A program made the translations under genes and the position numbers. 64,000 nt of DNA from Candidatus Omnitrophota bacterium (GTDB lineage: Bacteria > Omnitrophota > Gorgyraeia > Gorgyraeales > Gorgyraeaceae): assembly GCA_041653835.1 (NCBI GenBank), contig JBAZEP010000002.1, forward strand, positions 19,061-83,060. The letters are read 5' to 3'. The notes beneath the pieces were generated by a model. It was not told where the DNA came from. It saw only the letters and a list, made by a program, of their open reading frames with translations, and did no database searches. This document shows, one piece after another, positions 9,318 through 19,348 of this stretch (position 1 is its first letter; each line of letters opens with the position of its first letter).

Positions 9318-11268
9318 TTTTCAGCGCTTCTTTCCATTCGCTCTTTATCTTATTGATATTGCCTGTAACGCCTTCATTGCGAGGCGCCGCTCTCAGCGCT
9401 TCCCTGTATTCTCGCATAGCTAAATCAAAATGCCCGGCCATCGAATAAAGATTGCCTAAATTATTATGAGGCTCGAATTGGCGGCTGTTCAGGGAAAGGG
9501 ATTTACTAAGCGCGGCTTCAGCCTCTTGAAACCTGTTATTCCTTATATAAGCGCCCGCCAGCGAATTATAGAAACCGGCATCGTTTAACCCGGGCACAGA
9601 CGCCTTTTCGTATTCGCCAAGGGCTTCTTTATAATCGCCCTTTATCATATAAAGGCTCCCCATGCAGTAATGCGCCTCATAGTTTTTCTCTTCTCTCCTG
9701 CACGCCTCCCTGAAAAACATCATGGCCTTGTCTATGTTACCTCTTTTCGTATAGATGCGCCCGAGATTACAATAAGCGGCTCCATAGTTCTTGTCCAGCT
9801 GCACGGCTTTTTTTAAAAAAACTATCGCCTTTACAGGCTTACCCGCGGCAGCATAGGCTATCCCGAGATTATTATACGCCTCCGCGTACCGGGGATTCAG
9901 CGACATACTCTTCTTGCAATATTCTATCGATTTTTCAAATTCTCCCTTATCGTAACACGCCATAGCCATATTATTATAAAGCAGGTGCCTGAAAGGGCTT
10001 GTTATTTCGTATTTCAAGTCGTTATTGAACAAACTTACTGAATCATGCCATGTCTTGCCGTATGAGACAACGGTCAGGGCGTAATATAAGGCGTACAAAC
10101 CCATGAGCAGGATAATCGCGATCCTGTTTTTTCCCCAGCCGATGACCTTAACGATAAAAGCGCTGATAAACATGTAAAAACCCAGGGAAGGCAGATAGAG
10201 CCACATCTCATGCAAAAAAACAGAAATTGGATAAATATTCAATACGGGCGCCAGGCATATGAAAAACCATAACGCCGCGTATGAAAAAATCTTGTCTCTG
10301 CCGGATAATTTAATGACCGCGGCTATCGTGAGCAAAACCAGCGCCGCAGATACCAATACGTTGTTTTCGAGCAGGCTTCCCGCGGGCGGCATGAAGCGCT
10401 GCATGTGGAGGCCAAAAGGAACCAGGAGCATGCCTATATACGCTGTTATGACGTTTAAATCTGTCAATAGTCTTTTCCATAAGGGTATAGTGGCCGCGAA
10501 ATCCATGCTTATAAACCCATTGGCGGGAGTCATAAGAGTTATCCTCAAAAAAACATACAAAAACAGGACAATAAAATATGGGAGCAGCGGTTTCAGCGCT
10601 ATTTTTTTGCCGTGCCTTCTGGCGGATTCCATAACCAGGAGAAACGGGAATATCATTGCCATTTCTTTCGATAACAGCGACAGGATAAAACACGTTACGG
10701 AAATAAGATAAGCTGTCTTTCCCCTGGTTTCTTCATGCCTCAGGAAAAACCGGATGGATAAAAATATGAAGAACGCCATCAGCAGGTCCGCCCTTGCCGG
10801 GATATAGTGGACCACCCCGGAGATGGCGGGTGAGATACCGAACATCAGTGCCGTGAGAAAAGCTATCGGTAAAGAAGCGCTGATAATATACGCGATAGAA
10901 TATACAAGCGCGGAATTGAATATATGGAGCAACAGGTTTGTCAGGTGGTACCCGAAGGGATTCAATTTCCATATAGAATAGTCTATGGCAAAAGAAAAAA
11001 GCTGCAACGGCCTGTAAAAATTACTTCTGGAACCGCTTCCCTCATATAACTGGGTAGTGGCTATCTTCGAAATATAACCGCAATCTTTGATATAAGGATT
11101 ATTTATTATCAGGTACTTATCATCCCACGCGAAATCATTCTTCAGGGAGTTGGAAAAAACAATAGTGATGATAAGCGCTATAAATAATATAGAAGTTGTT
11201 TTAATGCTGGAATTCATACGCGAGGCATGACAATAAGTAAATGGCCGCTGTCTCCGACCTGAGCACAA
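9304..11268 (-). CDS. Polytopic membrane protein with C-terminal TPR repeats (glycosyltransferase family 39-like topology)
   Basis: About 400 aa hydrophobic N-terminal region then multiple TPR-like repeats (AEAYNNLGIAYAAAGK, YEAHYCMGSLY). Confidence 0.6.
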   Translation of the reverse strand: MCSGRRQRPFTYCHASRMNSSIKTTSILFIALIITIVFSNSLKNDFAWDDKYLIINNPYIKDCGYISKIATTQLYEGSGSRSNFYRPLQLFSFAIDYSIWKLNPFGYHLTNLLLHIFNSALVYSIAYIISASLPIAFLTALMFGISPAISGVVHYIPARADLLMAFFIFLSIRFFLRHEETRGKTAYLISVTCFILSLLSKEMAMIFPFLLVMESARRHGKKIALKPLLPYFIVLFLYVFLRITLMTPANGFISMDFAATIPLWKRLLTDLNVITAYIGMLLVPFGLHMQRFMPPAGSLLENNVLVSAALVLLTIAAVIKLSGRDKIFSYAALWFFICLAPVLNIYPISVFLHEMWLYLPSLGFYMFISAFIVKVIGWGKNRIAIILLMGLYALYYALTVVSYGKTWHDSVSLFNNDLKYEITSPFRHLLYNNMAMACYDKGEFEKSIEYCKKSMSLNPRYAEAYNNLGIAYAAAGKPVKAIVFLKKAVQLDKNYGAAYCNLGRIYTKRGNIDKAMMFFREACRREEKNYEAHYCMGSLYMIKGDYKEALGEYEKASVPGLNDAGFYNSLAGAYIRNNRFQEAEAALSKSLSLNSRQFEPHNNLGNLYSMAGHFDLAMREYREALRAAPRNEGVTGNINKIKSEWKEALKNAKP

Positions 11269-11971
11269 GGCCTCCTAATGAGCACATACCACAATAGCCG
11301 CTGTTTCTTGCCATAGCCGACTCTGTGGGGCTGAAATCACCTTCGGGGCCTATGAACACCGCGGTTTTCGAGGGAGAACATCCTCTTAATATATCCTTCA
11401 ATGGAATAGAGCCTTTATCCAGGCTGGCGAAAATTACCAGGTCATTCTGTTTTGATTCTGCCAAAGCGTTGTCAAAATACATGGCATCCGATATGCCAGG
11501 CAGCGTACTTCTGCCGCTTTGCTTGGCGCCGGACACGCTTATCCTTTTCCATCTCGCTATCTTACCGCTAAAATCCTTAATATCCGGCACTGTCCTTTCG
11601 GTTATCATAGGCACTATCCTGGACACCCCTAGTTCAACGGCCTTTTCCACTATAAAATCCATTTTCGTTTTTTTGGGGATTGCCTGATATAAAGTGACGT
11701 TTAAAGAGGTGCCCTTTTTAAGCGCCGGTTTTTCTTTTATTTTTATGATTACGGAACCCTTACCTGTATCTTCCATGACACCCGAAAACTCTCTGCCGCT
11801 GCCGTCAAAGATATCGACGCGATCCCCTTTTTTCAGCCTCATTACATCCCGTATATGATGGATCTCGGTTTTGTCTTTTATCTCGGCTATGTTTTCCAGG
11901 AGGAATATCGAGTCGGGAGAAACGTAGAAGCGCATGAAATTTCCTTTATCTTTTGAAGTTGGAAATTTCAT
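11201..11971 (-). CDS. rsmE: 16S rRNA (uracil1498-N3)-methyltransferase RsmE; likely true start at internal Met (about 11935)
   Basis: MRFYVSP start typical of RsmE; FDGSGREF and GPEGDFS motifs. Confidence 0.8.
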   Translation of the reverse strand: MKFPTSKDKGNFMRFYVSPDSIFLLENIAEIKDKTEIHHIRDVMRLKKGDRVDIFDGSGREFSGVMEDTGKGSVIIKIKEKPALKKGTSLNVTLYQAIPKKTKMDFIVEKAVELGVSRIVPMITERTVPDIKDFSGKIARWKRISVSGAKQSGRSTLPGISDAMYFDNALAESKQNDLVIFASLDKGSIPLKDILRGCSPSKTAVFIGPEGDFSPTESAMARNSGYCGMCSLGGLVLRSETAAIYLLSCLAYEFQH

Positions 11972-12084
11972 CCCGAGCGACTGTTGTCTTCTGTATCTTG
12001 TCGCGAGGGATAAATTCTTTACTGTCCCTCGTCCGCCAAAATTCTATAGCGGACTCGGGACGAATTTTGCCAAAGGCAAAATTC

Positions 12085-12159
12085 GGTGGACCTGAGCGGG
12101 ATCGAACCGCTGACCTCTTCGTTGCGAACGAAGCGCTCTCCCAGCTGAGCTACAGGCCC
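12085..12159 (-). tRNA. tRNA-Ala (anticodon CGC)
   Basis: rc: GGGCCTGTAGCTCAGCTGGGAGAGCGCTTCGTTCGCAACGAAGAGGTCAGCGGTTCGATCCCGCTCAGGTCCACC; cloverleaf with G3:U70, TTCGATC T-loop, anticodon loop TTCGCAA. Confidence 0.9.
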
Positions 12160-12216
12160 CGGAACAAATCTAAGCGGAAGCATTATACCATTTTTGCTCT
12201 ATATTTGGAAATAATT

Positions 12217-12744
12217 TTAATTGAAGCTTGCCAAACGGGGATAGCACGAGAAATAAAACGTGGCGCTCTGACTGCCATAAGCCGCGGTTATGGATCCGGT
12301 CAGGATGTTACCGTTTTTAGCGAAATTTACGGCGCTTACTATTACCTTAGGAATGAGGGATTCCTGAGAAGAACCATTATCGAATATCAATTCATTCCCC
12401 GACCTGTAGTAACTGTATAACTTAACATCATCATAATTGTTCATGGAAACAGGGTCGTTATTAGCTATCCTGATATCAAACCTTTCCGTACTGACAACAT
12501 CAATAGCGGATGTATCCGGCGGAGCAACCTCATCCCCCATTGCCTGCATGGTGTTTTTATATATATGCTGTATGGCATACTGGACTTCATAACCTATTAT
12601 GATCTTCTGGCTCGAGGCAAGATAAAACCTCTGGCTTGAAACATAAAGGCTGGACACCGCTAAAAATATAATACTTAGCAGAAAGACCGCCATTATGACT
12701 TCCAGCAATGAAAAACCTGCTTTATCCTTAGAAAGCTGTTTCAT
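12217..12744 (-). CDS. Type IV pseudopilin (PilW/GspJ-like minor pilin); start set at MKQLSKDKAGFSLLEV
   Basis: Prepilin leader plus GFSLLEVIMAVFLL N-methylation and hydrophobic helix motif. Confidence 0.6.
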   Translation of the reverse strand: MKQLSKDKAGFSLLEVIMAVFLLSIIFLAVSSLYVSSQRFYLASSQKIIIGYEVQYAIQHIYKNTMQAMGDEVAPPDTSAIDVVSTERFDIRIANNDPVSMNNYDDVKLYSYYRSGNELIFDNGSSQESLIPKVIVSAVNFAKNGNILTGSITAAYGSQSATFYFSCYPRLASFN

Positions 12745-13135
12745 TCCAGCGTACCCTGACGCTAACCTCTTTATACCCATTGGCCTGCGGCTCCGCGATA
12801 TCGTATGTAAGTTCCCCTCCAGCATTATCAAGCTCCCCTTTTATCATTCCTCCCGTTTCTATCTCGTCCTCGGCATGATTACTGCCTATATCCATGGCCG
12901 GGCTTGAATAATACACATGACTGCCCCTTAATTTATCCAATGCCTCTACGGCAAAATTATACGCCTGGATCCTGTGCCTGGCGCGGTTAAGAAAATACTG
13001 GCTGCCCCAGAAAGTGCTGAACAGCCCGCCCGCAAGCGCTACTATAACCAGGGTAGCGACAATTATTTCTATCAGTGTAAAACCTTTTTTATTCGGAACG
13101 CTGGGACAGGAAATTTTATGGGGAAAGAGGGCCAT
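12728..13135 (-). CDS. Type IV pseudopilin (minor pilin, GspH/PilV-like)
   Basis: KKGFTLIEIIVATLVIVALAGGL prepilin N-terminus. Confidence 0.65.
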   Translation of the reverse strand: MALFPHKISCPSVPNKKGFTLIEIIVATLVIVALAGGLFSTFWGSQYFLNRARHRIQAYNFAVEALDKLRGSHVYYSSPAMDIGSNHAEDEIETGGMIKGELDNAGGELTYDIAEPQANGYKEVSVRVRWNETAF

Positions 13136-13529
13136 TTGAAGTTATTGTCCCGCTTTTGTCTATGTCGTAATAATAGGTCTTATAAGGGTTGGGCGCGTTA
13201 CTTCTTCTCTGGGCCCTGGCTGTAAAATCATCCGTATCCCCTGCCGGTACGGTGTAATCGAAATATTTCGCACCGGTATTAGGATTTTCTATATTTAAAC
13301 TGTCTATGTCGGTAGTAAAGAAAGAGTTTTCCAGAAAGTATATCTTCTCCCCTGTCCTTATAAGGTTAAGGTTGGAAGCGGCTTCTCCCAGCTTTGCCTT
13401 TTCCAATGTCTTGACGAGCATCGGCAGGGCAAGGGTAGCGAGTATCCCTATGATTATGACAACTATCAATATTTCCGTAAGCGTAAAACCTGTCTTGATG
13501 ATATTGAGTAGTCTGTTCTTTTTTATCAT
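13116..13529 (-). CDS. Type IV pilin (paralogue type X)
   Basis: TGFTLTEILIVVIIIGILATLALP; shares IRTGEKIYFLEN region with pilin at 14435..14800. Confidence 0.8.
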   Translation of the reverse strand: MIKKNRLLNIIKTGFTLTEILIVVIIIGILATLALPMLVKTLEKAKLGEAASNLNLIRTGEKIYFLENSFFTTDIDSLNIENPNTGAKYFDYTVPAGDTDDFTARAQRRSNAPNPYKTYYYDIDKSGTITSNGPLSP

Positions 13530-13547
13530 AACTCCATTAAGATTCCT

Positions 13548-13967
13548 CTAAGAAGCGGGACCGCCGAGATTCATGCTTCTTATAAGCCTGCCTGTAATAT
13601 TATCCGCCTGTATCCATTTTATCCAATAACTGATTGTGCCCAAGGTACGCGAAGCGGTTATCGTGTATTTTCTTACCAGACTCGTGCTCCCGTCATCGGT
13701 AAAAGTGTAAATATATAATTTATTCGTGATAATGTTCGGGTTATCTATATCCAGCGCAGAAAAATTATTATCCGCCGGTAAAGCGCCGTTCTGATACCAA
13801 TACCTATCCAGCGCCACTCTTATAGCCCCGATATTTATTACGGCTTCTCCGGACCTGGCCTTTTCTATGGTAGCTGTGTATTGGGGCAGCGCTATCGAAG
13901 CCAGTACACCCAAAATTATAACAACTATCAAAAGCTCCAAAAGCGTGAACCCTTTTTTGTTCATCAA
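13548..13967 (-). CDS. Type IV pilin (paralogue type Y)
   Basis: KKGFTLLELLIVVIILGVLASIALPQY; shares DRYWYQNG and C-terminal LGGPAS/LGGPTS with pilin at 13964..14374. Confidence 0.8.
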   Translation of the reverse strand: MMNKKGFTLLELLIVVIILGVLASIALPQYTATIEKARSGEAVINIGAIRVALDRYWYQNGALPADNNFSALDIDNPNIITNKLYIYTFTDDGSTSLVRKYTITASRTLGTISYWIKWIQADNITGRLIRSMNLGGPAS

Positions 13968-14374
13968 CTGGTCGGCCCTCCAAGTTTTGCGCTCCTTGTA
14001 AGCTTACTGGTATTGTTATCCGTCTGCGTCCATTGCACCCAGTAGTCCGCTTCTTTGCCGATACGCTCCGCCCTTATTGTATATTTTCTTGTCGAGGCAT
14101 CGGTCCCCCCGTCTGTAAGTATGTAATTATACAACCTGTTGACTACGTCGTTTGGGTTATCTATGTCTAAATCGGTTATAGCCGGAGGAAAAGTGCCGTT
14201 CTGATACCAATACCGGTCTACAGCCGTCCTCAACGCACCTATATTCGTAGACGCCTCGCCTGTCCTGCTTTTTTCTATGGTTGTCGTATATTGAGGCAGC
14301 GCTATCGCGGCAAGTATGCCTATAATAATAACGACTACAAGGACTTCTAAAAGAGTGAAACCTCTTTTTAGCAT
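13964..14374 (-). CDS. Type IV pilin (paralogue type Y, tandem duplicate)
   Basis: KRGFTLLEVLVVVIIIGILAAIALPQY; clear paralogue of 13548..13967. Confidence 0.8.
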   Translation of the reverse strand: MLKRGFTLLEVLVVVIIIGILAAIALPQYTTTIEKSRTGEASTNIGALRTAVDRYWYQNGTFPPAITDLDIDNPNDVVNRLYNYILTDGGTDASTRKYTIRAERIGKEADYWVQWTQTDNNTSKLTRSAKLGGPTS

Positions 14375-14434
14375 ATCCTATCTCCTTTTTTTCTTATATA
14401 CGTTTATTGCGTTATACCTCTATAAATACAAAAA

Positions 14435-14800
14435 TTACAAATATTCCCAATTCCCGGCAATCGTACCGGCCTGGTCCATAGTTACAGTCTCGCCGCTGTG
14501 GGTCCCGCCCGACCTGGTGGCAGTCGCCGTATAAGTAACGGAAGTAGGCGTAGATATGCCGAATGACCAGAATTTCTGGGTTAAAGTTATATCCAGATCC
14601 GCTGAATTATTTGTATAAAATTCGTTCTCCGCGAAATATACTTTTTCGCCTGTCTGTATATGGCCTAATCCCGCTCTGGCTTCTCCGCCTTTTGCTTTTT
14701 CAATGGAAGCCGCGAACTGAGGTATACCTATGGACGCCAATATACCAATTATAATAACGACTATAAGGACTTCTACCAGCGTAAAACCTTTTCTGTTCAT
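14435..14800 (-). CDS. Type IV pilin (paralogue type X; candidate major pilin with its own promoter)
   Basis: NRKGFTLVEVLIVVIIIGILASIGIPQF; strong promoter and SD directly upstream. Confidence 0.8.
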   Translation of the reverse strand: MNRKGFTLVEVLIVVIIIGILASIGIPQFAASIEKAKGGEARAGLGHIQTGEKVYFAENEFYTNNSADLDITLTQKFWSFGISTPTSVTYTATATRSGGTHSGETVTMDQAGTIAGNWEYL

Positions 14801-14833
14801 TTTTGCCTCCTCCTTTTTGTTATCTATTGTTTA

Positions 14834-14863
14834 ATTATACATCACAAACAATAGCTATGTCAA
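14834..14863 (-). promoter_or_regulatory. Sigma-70-type promoter for the pilin gene (TTGACA-18-TATAAT) with the -10 embedded in a 9 bp inverted repeat (ctattgttt/aaacaatag)
   Basis: Minus-strand read TTGACAtagctattgtttgtgatgTATAAT then aaaaaggaggagg RBS and ATG. Confidence 0.55.
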
Positions 14864-14882
14864 ATAATTTATGTTATCTATT

Positions 14883-16109
14883 TTAACCGGACGCCTTTAC
14901 GGCGCTGGATATACTGAATATAGGCATAAACATCGCTATTACCAGCACCCCGATAACTATGCCCATAAAAACTAAAATTATAGGCTCGAACATCGTGGTA
15001 AACCTGGTTATAAAAGTATTCACCCTTTCCTTGTAAAATACTGAAACCCTGTCCAGCATTTTCCCTAATTCCCCGATCTCTTCCCCGACGCTTATCATCT
15101 GGATGACTAGGGGGGAAAACAAGCTGCTTTCCTGCATCGTCTGCCCCATGCCCTTACCTTCTTTAACAGCCGTCTTTACCTCCCTGAGCGCTTTCTCCAT
15201 TACTTTATTGCCCGCTGTTTTCTCGGCTATTTCAAGCGCATGCAAAATAGGGACCCCGCTTTTGATAAGCGTGCCCAGCCCGCTCGCGAAACGCTCAGTG
15301 GCTATTTCGCGCATCAACTGGCCTACGACAGGTAATTTAAGCATAAATCCATCGAACCGCCATCTGCCTGTTTCCGTGGATATATATCTTTTTAAAAGAA
15401 AGATCAATCCTATCAAGATACCTGCCACTATAAAAAAATATTTCCTTACCACATTACTCAAACTGATAACCATCTGAGTAAGGACGGGCAGTTCGACGTT
15501 AAAACCCTTGAATATTTCGGTAAATATAGGGATGATCTTCAGTAAAAACACGGCTATCGCGCCCGTAGCCACCCCTACAAGCACAATAGGGTAAATAAGC
15601 GCGGACACTATTTTTCTCTTTAACTCGGCATTTTCCTCAAGATAAACCGCTACCTGGTCAAGGCTTGACGGCAGGTGCCCGGATGCCTCCCCTGTCTCGA
15701 CTAAATTTATCCAGAAAGATGAGAATATCTTATCATGTTTCTTTAACGCGTTTTGGAACGTATACCCGCCTTCCACGTCTTTTTTGATCTGCTCTACCGC
15801 CCTGAGAAGCACCCTGGACTCTATCTGCCTGCACAGGATATCCAGGCTTTTTATAAGTGTCACACCCGCTCCCAAAAGAGTAGCGAGCTCTCTTGAAAAC
15901 ATTATAAGATCATTCGGTTTTACCGACCTGTGATATCTCCTGGTGTCGGCCCTCTTTTTTGACTTGGTCTCAGGCACGGGCCCGACAGATATCACAAGCA
16001 GGCCTTTTGCCTGTAAACCATTTACAAGCTCCCCCTCACTCGTAGTCTCTATTACCTCATCTATTAGTTTTCCTTCCCTGTCTCTCGCTAAATATCTGAA
16101 AAATGGCAT
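14883..16109 (-). CDS. pilC: Type IV pilus/T2SS platform protein PilC/GspF
   Basis: Two GspF domains, three TM segments, about 400 aa. Confidence 0.85.
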   Translation of the reverse strand: MPFFRYLARDREGKLIDEVIETTSEGELVNGLQAKGLLVISVGPVPETKSKKRADTRRYHRSVKPNDLIMFSRELATLLGAGVTLIKSLDILCRQIESRVLLRAVEQIKKDVEGGYTFQNALKKHDKIFSSFWINLVETGEASGHLPSSLDQVAVYLEENAELKRKIVSALIYPIVLVGVATGAIAVFLLKIIPIFTEIFKGFNVELPVLTQMVISLSNVVRKYFFIVAGILIGLIFLLKRYISTETGRWRFDGFMLKLPVVGQLMREIATERFASGLGTLIKSGVPILHALEIAEKTAGNKVMEKALREVKTAVKEGKGMGQTMQESSLFSPLVIQMISVGEEIGELGKMLDRVSVFYKERVNTFITRFTTMFEPIILVFMGIVIGVLVIAMFMPIFSISSAVKASG

Positions 16110-16128
16110 GATATATCCTTTTGTCCCG

Positions 16129-17841
16129 CTATTCTTCCCCGGCTACCAGTGTTATGCTGAGCACCTCTTCGATGCTTGTCAAGCCTTCTTCGGCTTTTTT
16201 TATCCCGCTCTGGAGCAAGGTTTTTAAACCGAATTCTTTTATCTTGTCTTTGATCTCTCCGAGCGCCGCGCCCCTGGCGATCAATTCCCTGAGCTTATCA
16301 TTGATCAATATTATTTCATAGATAGCTATTCTGCCCCGGTAACCTGTATGACTGCAATAATCGCACCCCTTGGGTTTATACAAAAGCTCTTGTTTTATCC
16401 CAAAGTCCTTTGCCAGCGAAGGCGTTGTCTCATAGGCCTCTTTACATTCCGGGCAAAGCCTTCTTACAAGCCTCTGGGCTCCTACCATAATCAATGACGA
16501 ACTTATCAAATACGGTTCAAGGCCTATATCTATAAGCCTGGATATGGCGCTTGCAGCATCGTTAGTATGCAGGGTGCTTAAAACAAGATGCCCTGTGAGG
16601 GATGCCCTTATACATATCTGGGCGGTCTCAAGATCCCTCACCTCTCCTACCATTATAATATCAGGATCTTGCCTTAAAAATGCCCTCAAAGCTGAAGCGA
16701 AGGTAAAGCCTATATTAGGCTTTATTTGGACCTGATTAATGCCTTCAAGTTTGTACTCTACAGGGTCTTCTACCGTAGAGATATTTTTGCGGGGGCTCTT
16801 CATCTCATTCAACGCCGCGTAAAGTGTTGTAGTTTTTCCGCTGCCCGTAGGGCCTGTAATTAAGATCAACCCGTGCGGGCTGGCTATGGCCCTCCTGAAT
16901 TTTTCCAGCTCTTCCGGATCAAAACCCAGCTCTCCCAGGTTTAACGGCGTGGCGGATTTATCCAATATCCTCATAACCACCTTTTCCCCGAATATGGCGG
17001 GGATGGTGGAAACTCGTATATCAATACCTTTGTTTTCCACTTTTACAAAAAATACGCCGTCCTGAGGAAGCCTGCGTTCCGCTATGTCCAGATTCGATAA
17101 TATTTTTATCCTCGAAACTATGGCGGGGAGCAGGTGTTTTGCCGGAGGCGATATCTCATAAAGGACGCCGTCTATCCTGTAGCGTATATTGATCTTATTT
17201 TTAAAAGGTTCTATATGTATATCGCTGGCCCTGTCTTTTATCGCCTGCATCAATATCAGGTCCACGAGCTTCACAACAGGCGCTTCTTCCGCTTTCGCGA
17301 TCAAGTCGTCTAAACTCAGGTCATCTTCCGTTTCTTTTTCTATCTTAAATTCTTCCAATTCATACGAACCGCTTATAGCGTCTTTCAGCAGGTCTTCCTT
17401 GCCGTAAAATTCATCAATAGCCCTCTGCAGGTCTGATTTAGTGGCGATAATGGGATTGATATCACAGCCTGTCATGCGCCTTAGATTATCGATCGTGATA
17501 AGATCCAGCGGGTCCATAAAAGCGACTATGAGCGAATCCGCGTGCCTGGAAACAGGGAGGAGCATATTTCTGCGGGCATAATCCTCCGGCACTAATTTGG
17601 CAAGATTTTGGCTCTCTGCCGGTTTCAAAAGCCCCTTGGCATAAGAGGCATATGGGATCGACAGCTGTTTCGCCATGGCGATAACAATGTCTTTTTCCGT
17701 AACTATCCCAAGATTTATCAGAGTCTCGCCGAGCCTTGTGCCGTCTTTTTTCTGGATCGCGATAGCCTTTTCCAGCTGTTCTTCCGTAACAAGGCCTTCT
17801 TTCAGCAATATCTGTCCTAATTTTTCTCTTGATTTCTTCAT
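16129..17841 (-). CDS. pilB: Type IV pilus assembly ATPase PilB/GspE
   Basis: Walker A GPTGSGKTT, GspE N-terminal domain, C-terminal Cys tetrad (CPEC...CDYC). Confidence 0.88.
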   Translation of the reverse strand: MKKSREKLGQILLKEGLVTEEQLEKAIAIQKKDGTRLGETLINLGIVTEKDIVIAMAKQLSIPYASYAKGLLKPAESQNLAKLVPEDYARRNMLLPVSRHADSLIVAFMDPLDLITIDNLRRMTGCDINPIIATKSDLQRAIDEFYGKEDLLKDAISGSYELEEFKIEKETEDDLSLDDLIAKAEEAPVVKLVDLILMQAIKDRASDIHIEPFKNKINIRYRIDGVLYEISPPAKHLLPAIVSRIKILSNLDIAERRLPQDGVFFVKVENKGIDIRVSTIPAIFGEKVVMRILDKSATPLNLGELGFDPEELEKFRRAIASPHGLILITGPTGSGKTTTLYAALNEMKSPRKNISTVEDPVEYKLEGINQVQIKPNIGFTFASALRAFLRQDPDIIMVGEVRDLETAQICIRASLTGHLVLSTLHTNDAASAISRLIDIGLEPYLISSSLIMVGAQRLVRRLCPECKEAYETTPSLAKDFGIKQELLYKPKGCDYCSHTGYRGRIAIYEIILINDKLRELIARGAALGEIKDKIKEFGLKTLLQSGIKKAEEGLTSIEEVLSITLVAGEE

Positions 17842-17843
17842 GT

Positions 17844-19325
17844 TTATCCGCCGAACAAATCTAAAATCGAGTTGACTTCTTTTTCTCTTACTGCCTTGGG
17901 CTTCTCCTGTTCTCTTTCGGAGATGCCGCCAAGGGCATATGCAGGCGTATCTTTCATTATGCGCGGCGTGATGAATATTACCAACTCCCTGTCTAAATCA
18001 TCTTTTGTCTTATATCTAAACGCCGAACCGATAACAGGTATGTCCCCGAAAAACGGCACTTTTTTAAGGCCATGGGTGCGCCTTGATCTTATAAGGCCTC
18101 CTATAATTATGGTTTCTCCATCTTTTATCATGACCGTGGTTTCCGTGGCGCGTTTGATAGTATCGAACTGGTCCGTATACCTGGAGTTTTCCAGATCAGT
18201 CACGCTCGGCTTTAAATTCATGGTTATATAACCATCCTTACTGATTTGGGGCGTAACTTCCAATATAACACCCGTGTCTTTTTCTTCGTAAGTAGTGCCT
18301 GTGGTGGCACCGCTGGAACCCACCGCGGTCGTGCTGGTTACCTGCCTGGCTATTTCCTTCCCTGTAAGCTCTATCTTTGCCAGTTCATTGTTCATTGTCA
18401 TGATCTGGGGCCTGGCCAGGACTTTTGTATCACTGCTGTTTTTTAGCGCGACTATCTGGGCCGTAGTGGCATCAAGCGCGAATGTGCCTGCGCCATCTGC
18501 CGCTATACCTTCTCCGCTGGAATTGTTCCTTCCAAGGCGGTTATTAAAAGGAAATATCGTATTATGTATAGGCCCTGTGTAGATCCCGAACGAGCCATCC
18601 CCCCAATTTATCCCGAGATTCTCTATAAGTTTCGCCGTAGTCTCCAGTACCTCTACCTTTATCATTACCTGGGGCGTCCTTATGTCTATCCTCGTAAGCA
18701 AATTTTCTATTATAGAGAACTGGCTAGGCACATCCCTTATAATAAGGCTGTTGGACCTTTTGTCCGCTATGACCTTCCCGTCTTTGGACAGCAGGCTTTG
18801 CACTATCGAGATTATTTCCCCTCCAGTCTGGCTGGGCGCTTCTTCGTCCCCTGAATAACCTGCGGCAGCCCTGGCAGGAGCGCTTAGCTGGGCATATTTC
18901 AATTCATATATTTTTGTTATTGTCTCTATCTCCGGTTTTCCTGTCTCTTTAACGATAAATATGTTGGTCCCGGGTTCCTGTTCATAAGCCAGGTTATTAG
19001 CGTTCATTATATAGTTAAGCGCGTCTTCGGTCTTGACATTGTCAAAATAGACCGTAACCGTCCTGTCCTGGACACTCTGGCCCGCGATAAAATTCAAGCC
19101 CGACTGCTGGGAAAACATCTTAAGCACGGTTTTCAGGTTCGCGTCCTGCAGATCCAGCGATATCAGGTTATTTTTGCCGGGAGACGTGTCTTTGGGATAC
19201 GCCTCGGCGGCAAATGAAAATGGAACCGACGCATAAATAACAAATATAATGGCAATAACCAATTTGATTGTTTTCATAATCAACCTCCGATTTTTACGAA
19301 GTAAAAATCGCCCCGAGCCCGCCAA
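17844..19325 (-). CDS. pilQ: Secretin PilQ/GspD
   Basis: Signal peptide, secretin-N domains, C-terminal secretin core (VPFFGDIPVIGSAFR). Confidence 0.85.
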   Translation of the reverse strand: MAGSGRFLLRKNRRLIMKTIKLVIAIIFVIYASVPFSFAAEAYPKDTSPGKNNLISLDLQDANLKTVLKMFSQQSGLNFIAGQSVQDRTVTVYFDNVKTEDALNYIMNANNLAYEQEPGTNIFIVKETGKPEIETITKIYELKYAQLSAPARAAAGYSGDEEAPSQTGGEIISIVQSLLSKDGKVIADKRSNSLIIRDVPSQFSIIENLLTRIDIRTPQVMIKVEVLETTAKLIENLGINWGDGSFGIYTGPIHNTIFPFNNRLGRNNSSGEGIAADGAGTFALDATTAQIVALKNSSDTKVLARPQIMTMNNELAKIELTGKEIARQVTSTTAVGSSGATTGTTYEEKDTGVILEVTPQISKDGYITMNLKPSVTDLENSRYTDQFDTIKRATETTVMIKDGETIIIGGLIRSRRTHGLKKVPFFGDIPVIGSAFRYKTKDDLDRELVIFITPRIMKDTPAYALGGISEREQEKPKAVREKEVNSILDLFGG

Positions 19326-19348
19326 AGCCCTGCGGCGGACGAGGGGCC

